Origin: Candidatus Levyibacteriota bacterium
GTDB taxonomy: Bacteria; Patescibacteriota; Microgenomatia; Levybacterales; UBA12049
Length of the DNA stretch: 64,000 nt
NCBI GenBank assembly: GCA_016214555.1
Contig: JACROF010000003.1
Span: forward strand, 930 to 64,929
Direction: 5' to 3'
The translations under genes were made by a program, and so were the position numbers. Under the pieces are notes generated by a model that ran no database searches, was not told the DNA's origin, and saw only the letters and a program-made list of their open reading frames with translations. Positions 49,485 to 58,969 of the stretch are shown here, piece by piece. Every line of letters begins with the position of its first letter. Position 1 is the first letter of the stretch.

Positions 49485-49844
49485 ATGAAAATACTTAACA
49501 AACTTCTTTTTGGGTACTGTTTTATCTTTGCTCTTTTTCTTTTCCTCAGCGGACTCCTTTCTAGCAAAAGTCCTCCACAGCTTTTGATGCAAGCAATTAC
49601 CCTTCCTCTTGTTGGCTATTTTGTTGTGGAACTAATCTCAGCAATAACCCACAGAGGCACAAAAAAAGACCACGACACTCACTCACGCAAAGCAAGAATA
49701 ATCTCATTTGTGATCATTTGTATTATCCTTGGCACGCTTGCAACGTACAGTATCCTTCGTATCATTTCACAGCCACAAAAACAACCTATGATAGATAAAA
49801 ATGCCAATAAAATTATCCTAGAAAAATCAATAGAAAAAAAATAA
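49485..49844 (+). CDS. Hypothetical membrane protein
   Basis: 3 TMs, operonic. Confidence 0.75.
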   Translation: MKILNKLLFGYCFIFALFLFLSGLLSSKSPPQLLMQAITLPLVGYFVVELISAITHRGTKKDHDTHSRKARIISFVIICIILGTLATYSILRIISQPQKQPMIDKNANKIILEKSIEKK

Positions 49845-49849
49845 CTTGC

Positions 49850-50563
49850 ATGAAAAAATTGTTCATTTACTATAATTTCATCCTCGTCAGTATCATTACG
49901 ATCCTTGGGTTTCTCCAGGCGCAATCATCTGCTGAGATAATTAGCGCAATTCTATTCTTTCCGTTCTTCATTTATTTCTTTCGTCTTGTTCTCCCCCAAC
50001 AAAGAAAAGCAGTACCCCTTGTTACTCATACGAAAATTGATGCTATACCGCTTCATATCGAAATCAAAAAAATATTTGATGAGACTGAAGAAACGATATC
50101 AGTTGACATAGAACCAATTGGTGAGGGAGATGAAAATACTGAGGCTGAAGCAGATTCAGAGACAGATAACATCCTCAATAGGCTTGATATCGACAGAAGA
50201 ATGTTTCTCAAGCTTATCGGCTCTGCAGGTATTACTGTCTTTCTTTTCTCCCTCTTTACAAAAAGAGCTCAGGGAGCGTTCTTTGGAAGCGTACCTGGAC
50301 CAGGAACAGTTGCTATCAAAGACACCACGGGTGCAAAAATTGATCCCGCAATTAAGCAACCAACAGATGGCTATACCCTAGCCCAGCTTGATGATTCAAG
50401 CTCAACAGCGTACTATGGCTACCTCAACAAAGATAGCGCATGGTATATCCTCAAGGAGGATAGTAGTGGAAATTACCGTTATGTCAAAGGCTCAAGTAGT
50501 TTTTCAACTAACTGGACAAATAGAGCATCGCTTACTTACGATTATTTTGACGCCGTATTCTAA
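49850..50563 (+). CDS. Membrane protein with internal RRxFL motif and C-terminal W-x-N-RASLTY domain
   Basis: 2 TMs, acidic linker, DRRMFLKLIG plus TM, YYG...WYI...WTNRASLTY. Confidence 0.75.
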   Translation: MKKLFIYYNFILVSIITILGFLQAQSSAEIISAILFFPFFIYFFRLVLPQQRKAVPLVTHTKIDAIPLHIEIKKIFDETEETISVDIEPIGEGDENTEAEADSETDNILNRLDIDRRMFLKLIGSAGITVFLFSLFTKRAQGAFFGSVPGPGTVAIKDTTGAKIDPAIKQPTDGYTLAQLDDSSSTAYYGYLNKDSAWYILKEDSSGNYRYVKGSSSFSTNWTNRASLTYDYFDAVF

Positions 50564-50605
50564 ACTGATTGAAAAATCACCACAGATGGTATTATAATAC
50601 GGATT

Positions 50606-51079
50606 ATGAAGAAAGAATATTTTCTTGTACTTGCTATCGGGCTCTTCATCCTTTCATATGTTCTTGATGCGCTCGTCAATCCCCTCTCATTTAACCTTCC
50701 AACACCCTATCATTATTTTGCACAGGATATTCTGACTACCTATGCATTCACAACAACAACCATCCTCATGAGGACAATAGGCGTAGTCATCTGTGTCTTG
50801 CTTGTCTTCTCATCAATTGGCATTCACCCCTTTGCCAAAAGTGGATCACTCTTTATCATTTCAGGACTTGTTCAGCTCTATGCCCTCCAAGACGTTGTAA
50901 CAGGCAGCAACACTATTCCAGTTGAGTGGTCGGTATCCCTGACTCTTTCTGGGATGATTTTACTTCTACCAACAATTTTTTACGTCATAAAAGGGATTAC
51001 TTATGGACCACCCGAGGAGTCATATATCGTACGTGAGGAAGATCAAAAAAGATATATAGATGATCTAAAGAAAAGTTGA
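50606..51079 (+). CDS. Hypothetical membrane protein
   Basis: 4 TMs; leaderless TATAAT. Confidence 0.75.
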   Translation: MKKEYFLVLAIGLFILSYVLDALVNPLSFNLPTPYHYFAQDILTTYAFTTTTILMRTIGVVICVLLVFSSIGIHPFAKSGSLFIISGLVQLYALQDVVTGSNTIPVEWSVSLTLSGMILLLPTIFYVIKGITYGPPEESYIVREEDQKRYIDDLKKS

Positions 51080-51454
51080 GGATTTACCAACAATTACTCT
51101 CCATACTACCCTCTGACAAAGCGTCATAATGGCACCAACTACAAAGATCCAAAATGATAGATCAATCGTAAATCCTGTCATAAATGAAAATCGTGATACT
51201 GCTAGTAACCCAAAGCAATTAATGATAAAAAACGCCAGCAATGAAGCAGCTTTACCAAAGCGTATTTTTCTTGCAATCGTAAAATCCCACCATACCCATA
51301 CACAAAAAGTCAACCAAAATCCTGCATAGATTGCAGACTCTATAAGCCTGAGCCTGTCATTTCCAAGATTGATATCAGGAAGAAAAAAACTTAGAAGATA
51401 CAGGAGAAGCGAATTAACGATCCAATATCCGAGGTACAAAAGATGATTATACAT
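51065..51454 (-). CDS. Hypothetical membrane protein
   Basis: 4 TMs. Confidence 0.7.
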   Translation of the reverse strand: MYNHLLYLGYWIVNSLLLYLLSFFLPDINLGNDRLRLIESAIYAGFWLTFCVWVWWDFTIARKIRFGKAASLLAFFIINCFGLLAVSRFSFMTGFTIDLSFWIFVVGAIMTLCQRVVWRVIVGKSSTFL

Positions 51455-51505
51455 GGTAATTTTTTATAACACAGCGACAAATGACTAGTCAATCTCAACG
51501 ATGAT

Positions 51506-51937
51506 CTAAAACGCAGCTTTTATTTTCATCAATAATTGTTCAAGGGAAAGCTTGCTATTAACACCTGTGACAGGATTTGCAGAAAGAAATCCTGAAAAAA
51601 AGTTCAGCTGAGCCTCATGATAGACGGTAAGCCTACATTGATCCCCCATCTCCTCTATACGAAAGCCAAAAATTGATACAAAAGACTTTGTCTTGTCCTG
51701 GAGGGCAAAATGATTTGGCGCTATCTTCTGGACTACTTCAAGAAGAGCTTCTTCTTTTCCTAGAAATGTTTTTTTTATTATTTTATAGATTGTACCTACC
51801 TCGCCTGTTCCTGATACTTTTTCAATATGTGATACATCACTCCAGTATGGATAATAATCCATGTCAGTTATAAATCCATATGCTTGAAGTGCTGATTTAT
51901 TCAAAACCATGCTTGCTGAAACAATCTTTTTGGACAT
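51506..51937 (-). CDS. SRPBCC (START-like) family protein
   Basis: AYGFITD...YPYW, G.VGT.Y, C-terminal helix. Confidence 0.7.
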   Translation of the reverse strand: MSKKIVSASMVLNKSALQAYGFITDMDYYPYWSDVSHIEKVSGTGEVGTIYKIIKKTFLGKEEALLEVVQKIAPNHFALQDKTKSFVSIFGFRIEEMGDQCRLTVYHEAQLNFFSGFLSANPVTGVNSKLSLEQLLMKIKAAF

Positions 51938-52021
51938 ATATTCAGTATAGAAAGCCACCTTTTATTCTGCAAGTGTCATTTCTAAATTGACACCTTCCAC
52001 ATCTTGTGCTAACTTCTAATA

Positions 52022-52642
52022 ATGGATGACGATGGTAAACTTCCAAAAAACACCTACCTCCATGTCATGAACTTAGGAATAGAAAAAAGACTAGTGTTCA
52101 TGGACAAAAAAGACCTTGACCGTTTTATTGATCTTCTTAACTACTACCAATTTGAAAATCCTCCAGCTCGGTTTTCTTTTCGAAAACGACCCGGATATGA
52201 AAGAGATATAAACACTGTACCTCTAGTAAAAATACTTTCTTTTCTCATGATGCCTGACCACTTTCACCTCATCCTTGAACAAGGAAAGCCAGAGGGTGTA
52301 AGTCGATTCATGGCGCTAGTTACAAATAGTTATACGAAATATTTTAATAGCAGACATAAACGATCAGGACCTCTTTTCAAAGGTATTTTTAAAAGAGCAG
52401 AAATCCAAACTCTCCCTGAACTTTTGGATGTAGCGTCCTTTATCCACCTAGAACCTCTTAAAAAAGGCCTTGTAGATGATCTCAAACGCTTTCCATTTTC
52501 TTCATTTCATGAATATGCAGAGATACACCAAGGGTTTTGCGCAAAGGATGCCATTATGAAAAATTTTGCCGACCCCAATGCATATCAAAACTATCTTCTT
52601 CAAGAACACAACCTCGTAAATAAAAATCTTTTTCTTGAATAA
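52022..52642 (+). mobile_element. REP-associated tyrosine transposase (RAYT/Y1 HUH)-like protein, catalytic Tyr apparently lost
   Basis: HVMNLG.EKR, MPDHFHL, SYTKYFN.RH.RSG.LF; FIHLEP in place of YIHLNP. Confidence 0.8.
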
Positions 52643-52645
52643 TGT

Positions 52646-53440
52646 ATGACAGATAATAACTACCAAAAAGCAGCTAAGTTGATCGATCTTGCAAATCAAC
52701 AAAACACAAGCGGACACTTAGCGAAAGCTCTTGCAAATTATCTAAAAGCTGCTCATTTTACTCCAAAAAATCCTAAAATTTATAGTTCAGTTGCAGTAGT
52801 ATTAACAAAACTTGAGAAATGGGATGAAGCTATTTTGGCTTATAAAAAGGCGCTCAAAATTGATCCTACATACTCTGACGCAGCATACGATCTGGCACTT
52901 TTGTTTCAGAGCTTGGATAGACTTGAGGAGTCAGCCATCTATTTTAGTAAAGTCACAAGGCTCTATCCCTCACATACTGATGCATATATAGGCCTTGCAC
53001 AGACATCATCGTCTATGGGAAAAATTGATAAAGCCATTAGGGCATATGAAAAAGTCCTCCTTCTTCACCCAACAAATAGCGAAATTAGACAAGAAGTTGC
53101 TTCACTTTGCGCAAGAAATGGTGACTTTAAAAAAGCAGGAATATTTTATCAATCAGCTCTAATTCTTACCCCTAAAGATCCTCATATCCTTGGGAATTTA
53201 GCTCTTGTCTATAAAAAAAGCGGTAGTCTCACGCTAGCAGAAAAAACTCTGAAAAAAGCTATTAAGTCAAATCCAACTCTGCCCCATCTTTACTATGCTT
53301 TAGCAGTCGTTTATCGTGAGCAAGGAAAATTTGAAAAAGCCGTTGTTGCATTAAAAAAGGCATACAAACTTGATCCTGACCTAAAGAATGATTATGAACA
53401 ACTACTTAGACCTCCTCAAAATAAAACTCTAAAAAATTAA
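52646..53440 (+). CDS. Tetratricopeptide repeat protein
   Basis: About 7 tandem 34-aa TPR units (AI.AYKKAL..DP). Confidence 0.93.
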   Translation: MTDNNYQKAAKLIDLANQQNTSGHLAKALANYLKAAHFTPKNPKIYSSVAVVLTKLEKWDEAILAYKKALKIDPTYSDAAYDLALLFQSLDRLEESAIYFSKVTRLYPSHTDAYIGLAQTSSSMGKIDKAIRAYEKVLLLHPTNSEIRQEVASLCARNGDFKKAGIFYQSALILTPKDPHILGNLALVYKKSGSLTLAEKTLKKAIKSNPTLPHLYYALAVVYREQGKFEKAVVALKKAYKLDPDLKNDYEQLLRPPQNKTLKN

Positions 53441-53462
53441 CCAGTTAAGGCTGCAGAGGAAA

Positions 53463-54467
53463 CTACTCTTGTGAGCCGATGATGATTCTAGCTGATGCGG
53501 AGCCATCAACTAAATCCCCAGACTTCGTTGGTTTGTTAACAACATCTTTAATGTCTTCCAGCACTAGCTCTGTCTCCTCATTTGTCTTGCTATCGATGAT
53601 TAAAATTTCTGTCTCCTCATAATCTTTAGTGTCAGCATTACCAGTCTTTATAACGCTATACCCTTTTTTAGTAAGCTCCTGAGCCAAGTTTGCTGCTTTA
53701 CCTGGAGTTGATGTACCATTAAGCACTTCAAATGTCCAGTCATCCCTATCCAGCGTCAAATCAACTTTAGGAGTAGGTGTCGCCTCCACAACAACTTTCT
53801 TTTCTTTCGATTTGTCTTGTGATGCTTGTTGCAAAAGATAAATACCAAAAGCCATAGTGATGATCACAACCACAAGGCTAATAATAGCTCCAAGGATAAA
53901 AAGTTTTTTATTTGACTTTTCAAGAGGCGGCTCTTCCTCCACTTCTTCCTGCGACTGCTCTTCAACTTTTAAAGGAGCATCGGGAGCAACAGTTGGTACA
54001 GTTGGTGAAACAGTTGCATCGCTACTCTCAGCTGCTTTGATTGCTGGCGTCTCAGGACTAATAACTGTAGATGTTGCAGCTGGTTCTTCAGCGCTTGCTT
54101 CACCACTTGTCTCAGTACCCGCTGACGCAGATGGCTCTACAGGGCTAGGAGGTACTTGATTTACTATATCTGTAGCTGGCTTGAGTAACCCTAAGTTATC
54201 AGCTAGCACCTCAACCTTGACCTCCTTCGGTTCATTTGCAATCGCAGTAGGCGCAGGGGCACCTTGAGCCGCCTGCGAGACACCCTGAGGGTCTTTAGTC
54301 AAGACTTCTTGTGTGTTTTCCTGAGCTTGCTCAACAACAGGAGACGGGATATTTTCTGAAGACACTAAAGCTTTCGCTACTTTCTTAACTACTTTTTTCT
54401 GCGGCTTTTTTTCTTGAGAAACCTTCTTTGGTGTTTTGGTATTTTTTTTGGAGGCAGGCTTTTTCAT
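53463..54467 (-). CDS. LytR C-terminal domain protein with long disordered cytoplasmic N-terminus
   Basis: K-rich then P/E/A-rich region, TM, VLNGTSTPGKA...TGNA, IIIG. Confidence 0.85.
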   Translation of the reverse strand: MKKPASKKNTKTPKKVSQEKKPQKKVVKKVAKALVSSENIPSPVVEQAQENTQEVLTKDPQGVSQAAQGAPAPTAIANEPKEVKVEVLADNLGLLKPATDIVNQVPPSPVEPSASAGTETSGEASAEEPAATSTVISPETPAIKAAESSDATVSPTVPTVAPDAPLKVEEQSQEEVEEEPPLEKSNKKLFILGAIISLVVVIITMAFGIYLLQQASQDKSKEKKVVVEATPTPKVDLTLDRDDWTFEVLNGTSTPGKAANLAQELTKKGYSVIKTGNADTKDYEETEILIIDSKTNEETELVLEDIKDVVNKPTKSGDLVDGSASARIIIGSQE

Positions 54468-54478
54468 GTGAAGACAGC

Positions 54479-54874
54479 CTAAGCTGTAGGAACTTCGTTG
54501 CGAGTATATCCTGCTAAAATTTCCTTTACCATATTTGCGACTTCTTTGGGCTCGTGTTCGCTTTTGATGATATATTTAACCGCCCCTTTAGCCATCGCTG
54601 CTTCAGCGTCCTGTTGACCTGCCAGGTTGGTAAGCATAATAACAGGGATTGTTTTGGTTTCTGGATCTAATTTGAGCTTTTCAAGAACTTGAAGCCCATT
54701 CATTTTGGGCATCATGATATCAAGGAGCATGATGGTTGGCTTGGTACTTTTAGCCTTCTCAAATCCCTCAACACCATCTGAGGCCATCTCCACTTCATAT
54801 TTTTCAAATGTGAAGATTTTGTGATACATCCGAGACATGAGCGGATCATCCTCAACTATGAGTATCTTTGCCAT
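54479..54874 (-). CDS. Single-domain response regulator
   Basis: ILIVEDD, LLDIMMPKMNG, MLTN, YIIK. Confidence 0.95.
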   Translation of the reverse strand: MAKILIVEDDPLMSRMYHKIFTFEKYEVEMASDGVEGFEKAKSTKPTIMLLDIMMPKMNGLQVLEKLKLDPETKTIPVIMLTNLAGQQDAEAAMAKGAVKYIIKSEHEPKEVANMVKEILAGYTRNEVPTA

Positions 54875-54936
54875 AAATTCAGTATATTCCTATTTAAACA
54901 CTTGTCAAGCAGATCCAAAAATGCTTGATATTGTAC

Positions 54937-57675
54937 TTATTTTGCCTTCCTCAAGCCTGTTGCAATATCAATTTTGGAGGAAGCCTGATCAGGGGTTGAG
55001 ATAGTTTGCTGCTCCTTTGTCGCAATCGGTAAAGTAAAACTGAATGTGGTTCCCTTACCTTCAACTGAGTCCTCAATCTTTATTTCCCCCCCCATACCTT
55101 CAACTATCAGCTTGGAGATATACAACCCAAGACCTGTTCCTTTGGTCGTATCACGCGTCAAAATGCTCGTGTTTGCCTGCTGGAATTTGTGGAATAGGAG
55201 AGCTTGATTTGCCTTTGAAATTCCCCGTCCAGTATCTGAAACAAAAACTTTGACGAAATCCCCAATTATTTGGGTAGTAATAGTGATTCCTCCTTTTTCA
55301 GTAAATTTTAACCCATTGCCGATAAGGTTGATTAAGACTTGCTTTGTTTTACCAATATCAGCAAAAACCTGCGGAAGTGTGATTTTAGTATCGGGATGAT
55401 ACTCAATCGAAAGCATCTTACGAGAACCTGTGACCTGGTATTCTTTGATAACATCCTGGATAAGCTGAGGTATCGCTATCGGCACTTTTTTAAACTCCAT
55501 CCTGCCTTGTTCTAGCCGTGAAGTATCCAAAAAATCATTGACAATTTGGATAAGTCTCTCGCTTGATTCATGAATATCTCCAATCATATCTTTTAACTCG
55601 GGATCCTTAATCCTATCGCCATAAAACTGCTCAATCATCGAACTATTGCCTTTTATAGCAGTAAGAGGCGTTCGAAGCTCGTGTGATGCAATAGAGAAAA
55701 ATTCATCTCTAGATCTCTCGGTGATTTTTGCCTCAGTAATATCCTCAACGAGAACAACACAACCAATTGCTTGATTATCTTCAATAATAGGAGTCAAAAT
55801 AATCTTTAAAAAACGGTTCTGAAATGGCAATTCTCTCACCAGCAAAATTTGCCCTTTTGTGACTGAACGAGCGATAAGACCCCTGAGATCAATTGCTCCT
55901 TTTAACTCATCCTCAATATGGGTAAGAGTACAATTTTTAACAGTAGCAAGTGGCGAGGTATTTGAATTACAAAAAATATTTCTTGCTGCTTGATTGATAA
56001 CCAAAATATTGTTGAGCTTGTCAGTCATGATAAATCCAACAGTAAGTGAAGATATAGAAGCAGAAAGCTTTATCTTCTCTTCGTTTAGCTCTGCAGTTCG
56101 CTGGATAACTTTTTTCTCAACACTCTCTTTTTCGAGCTTTAACTGCTCCTCAAGTTCTCTTGCATCCTCTAGGACATTGGCAAGAGCTTTTTTTGAATCT
56201 TCCAAATCCTTTGTTTTAGCCTTAAGATCTTTAAATGAAGATTCCACCAATTTTTCAGCATCAATATTTCGTTCGTTTCCGACAAAAAATAATATATCCC
56301 CGTTATCATCAAGAATAGGATTTATCCCAAGCTCTACACTGTATTCATTTCCATCCTTTCTTTTATTGACGAGCTTTCCTTTAAATGGTTGCTTCTTATC
56401 CTTAATTGTTTCCCACATAGTCGCATAAAATTCTTTTGGCATAGTCCCTCCCCAAAGCCGTGGCGTGTTACCAATCATTTCTTCCTTGGCGTATCCGGTC
56501 ATTTGTTCAGCTCCTTTATTTGCAAAGAGTATCCTGCCTTCTTTATCGGTAATAACAATATGGTCTGAAGAATTTTCGATGGCTAATTTAAATTTAACTA
56601 AATCACCTTCGGCCTTAACTTTCTCATCAAGCATTTGGTTTATGCTCAGGGACAAATTGGTAAACTCATCATTTCCTTCCACTTTTAATCGTTGAGTCTG
56701 ATTATTAGAACTAATAATCTTATCTAGCCCATCACTAAGAATAGTAATTTTTGAAAGTACATACTTATTGATGAGAAAAAGAACAAAAATAATACTGACA
56801 ATAAATACAGCGACAATAATAAATACATAGTTAACTATCGCGGTAAAACCTCGATTATATATTTCCCTTTGACCAATATTTTCAAGGAGGTATATTGGTT
56901 TGTTATTAACATCATAAATAAGGGTGTAGCCAGCAATTTTGTCCTCAGATAAAGTTGAAGCATAATATTTGTCACCACCATTCAAATTCTTTTTTGCTAT
57001 TGTTAAATCAGAAGATAATTTCTTTGAATCATAATCAATGATCTCAACAAGATTATTGCTATTCACTCTCCTAAGATACTCACTAATCTGCTTGTCATAA
57101 AATCTAATAAAAACAAGCGTACCTGCAATTGGTCCTTTGCCGTCACTTTGTAAAATAGGACGAGAAGCATAAAAAACGAGCTTTGATCCGTCTTTAATAA
57201 CCCCTGAATTTTTTCCACTCAATCCCGAATGGGTTGTAATCGGTTTTGTCTGCAAGATAATCCTTCGAAGAGTATCTGATGTTTTCTGACTCTCAAGTGT
57301 ACTAAAGTCTATCTGCTTCTCATACAAAAGAGCTCCTTTTGAGTCTATAAAAAACATAGCGTTCACTCCTAAATTATGGAGTGACTCATTTTTAAGATTA
57401 CTATCGATATAGTCTTTATTTTTATCCTGGACAAATTGGTACGTGTCATCCCAAATAGCCCAATCAGCTAATTTAGTATCTAAATTAAATAATTGCTGAT
57501 CAAAGACAACCTTGGTCCGCTCAACACTTTTTACCGCTTCTTTATTTTCTAACTCAAGAAAACTTGCCAAAATAACCTGTCGAGAAAAAAAAGCGATAAC
57601 CAATAATAGCCCAATGGAAAATACAACTAGTGCTATAAGCACTTTCATCCTAAGAGTACTGCGAAGTTTTTTCAT
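54937..57675 (-). CDS. Sensor histidine kinase (CHASE4-HAMP-PAS-PAS-HisKA-HATPase)
   Basis: DWAIWDDTY (CHASE4), DEF..L...N.M (HAMP), PAS, SHELRTPL, NG.KFT, DTGRG, GTGLGL. Confidence 0.95.
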   Translation of the reverse strand: MKKLRSTLRMKVLIALVVFSIGLLLVIAFFSRQVILASFLELENKEAVKSVERTKVVFDQQLFNLDTKLADWAIWDDTYQFVQDKNKDYIDSNLKNESLHNLGVNAMFFIDSKGALLYEKQIDFSTLESQKTSDTLRRIILQTKPITTHSGLSGKNSGVIKDGSKLVFYASRPILQSDGKGPIAGTLVFIRFYDKQISEYLRRVNSNNLVEIIDYDSKKLSSDLTIAKKNLNGGDKYYASTLSEDKIAGYTLIYDVNNKPIYLLENIGQREIYNRGFTAIVNYVFIIVAVFIVSIIFVLFLINKYVLSKITILSDGLDKIISSNNQTQRLKVEGNDEFTNLSLSINQMLDEKVKAEGDLVKFKLAIENSSDHIVITDKEGRILFANKGAEQMTGYAKEEMIGNTPRLWGGTMPKEFYATMWETIKDKKQPFKGKLVNKRKDGNEYSVELGINPILDDNGDILFFVGNERNIDAEKLVESSFKDLKAKTKDLEDSKKALANVLEDARELEEQLKLEKESVEKKVIQRTAELNEEKIKLSASISSLTVGFIMTDKLNNILVINQAARNIFCNSNTSPLATVKNCTLTHIEDELKGAIDLRGLIARSVTKGQILLVRELPFQNRFLKIILTPIIEDNQAIGCVVLVEDITEAKITERSRDEFFSIASHELRTPLTAIKGNSSMIEQFYGDRIKDPELKDMIGDIHESSERLIQIVNDFLDTSRLEQGRMEFKKVPIAIPQLIQDVIKEYQVTGSRKMLSIEYHPDTKITLPQVFADIGKTKQVLINLIGNGLKFTEKGGITITTQIIGDFVKVFVSDTGRGISKANQALLFHKFQQANTSILTRDTTKGTGLGLYISKLIVEGMGGEIKIEDSVEGKGTTFSFTLPIATKEQQTISTPDQASSKIDIATGLRKAK

Positions 57676-58961
57676 GATTTTTTCTTTAGGGTTGCTATCT
57701 GTTTTTTTAGCTCTACCATTTTAAGCTCCCTCCCAACGAGTAATTTATTGATCCTCTCAGTCTCCTCAAGCTGTTTTACCTGAAGTACCTGCGCATCCTC
57801 AAGCTGTTTTGTTCTCTCGGTCACTTTCTGCTCCAAGCTCTCTTGATAGTCCTTCAATTTTGTCATCATTTCATTAAATGACGTACCAAGCATCCCTATT
57901 TCATCACGTGATGTCACATCAATTCTCTTGCTAAAGTCTCCTTTTGATAGAGCTTGCGCACTATTTGTTAAATTTATAACAGGTTTTATAAATACTTTCT
58001 GAAGCACAAACAAAACAGCAATTGCAGCCATAAAAACAACAGGAATAACTATCAGCACCATGTTCAAAGCATTCTGTGTAGCATCAGCAAAAGCTATCGC
58101 AACCGGAGTCTCTATGATAAGACCCCACCCATTTCCTTTATTGATCAAAAAACCTTTTTGAGGAACAAATGATATAAGCTGATCTTTATCTTTGTTCTTA
58201 TCAATACCTTTTCGTACTTCCGAACCACTTACTCCTGAAAGCGCTTTTTTAACTGAGGGATGAGAAATAAAACTATTACTCAATATCTCACTGGCGTTTT
58301 CTGATTCATTGTCTCCAATCTCTTGACCATTTTTATTAAATAATTCGACCGTATTGTCATGGGTACTCTGAAGAATTTCAAGAATAACCGGCCACGAAAG
58401 ATAACCAATTGCCATGCCAATAACGGGTTGTTTGACGTCTTCTTCATTCCTGATGGGGGAAGCAAAAATCATAGTAGGTTTCTTCGTTCTACTATCTATC
58501 AAAACATCAGAGTACCGAACCTCTCCATTGAATACATCATCAAAATTAATGTGCTTTATCAATTCTTCTTTGATATTTTGTCCTATAAAACGTCCCGATG
58601 CTGATAGCACAATCTCACCTTCTTTATTAACTAAATTAAGAGCATCCCAGGGACCAGTAACTGATGAGAGTTCACGAAGTTTGGTCGTGCTTTCTGCTTT
58701 TTCACTCAGTATTGTCAGATCTTTTCCTGCTAAAAAACCTTCAAATTCTTCATCTTCAGAAATAGCGATAATATTATTCATTCGCTCATACAATAGACGA
58801 TCAATTTTGTCCATTGTCTGCCTAGCAACCTCAACCTGCTCTGTTGAAATCGCTTCTTTAAGAGATGAGAGCGTCAACATATAAATAATTGAGGCAAAAA
58901 TGACAGCGACAATTATTGCCAGGGAGAAAATAATAACAGCAACTTTATGCAGGAGCTTCAT
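57672..58961 (-). CDS. Cache-HAMP membrane sensor without catalytic output
   Basis: TM-dCache-TM, DEIGML..SFN.M, C-terminal coiled coil GRELKM.ELK. Confidence 0.85.
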   Translation of the reverse strand: MKLLHKVAVIIFSLAIIVAVIFASIIYMLTLSSLKEAISTEQVEVARQTMDKIDRLLYERMNNIIAISEDEEFEGFLAGKDLTILSEKAESTTKLRELSSVTGPWDALNLVNKEGEIVLSASGRFIGQNIKEELIKHINFDDVFNGEVRYSDVLIDSRTKKPTMIFASPIRNEEDVKQPVIGMAIGYLSWPVILEILQSTHDNTVELFNKNGQEIGDNESENASEILSNSFISHPSVKKALSGVSGSEVRKGIDKNKDKDQLISFVPQKGFLINKGNGWGLIIETPVAIAFADATQNALNMVLIVIPVVFMAAIAVLFVLQKVFIKPVINLTNSAQALSKGDFSKRIDVTSRDEIGMLGTSFNEMMTKLKDYQESLEQKVTERTKQLEDAQVLQVKQLEETERINKLLVGRELKMVELKKQIATLKKKS

Positions 58962-58969
58962 ACTGGTGA

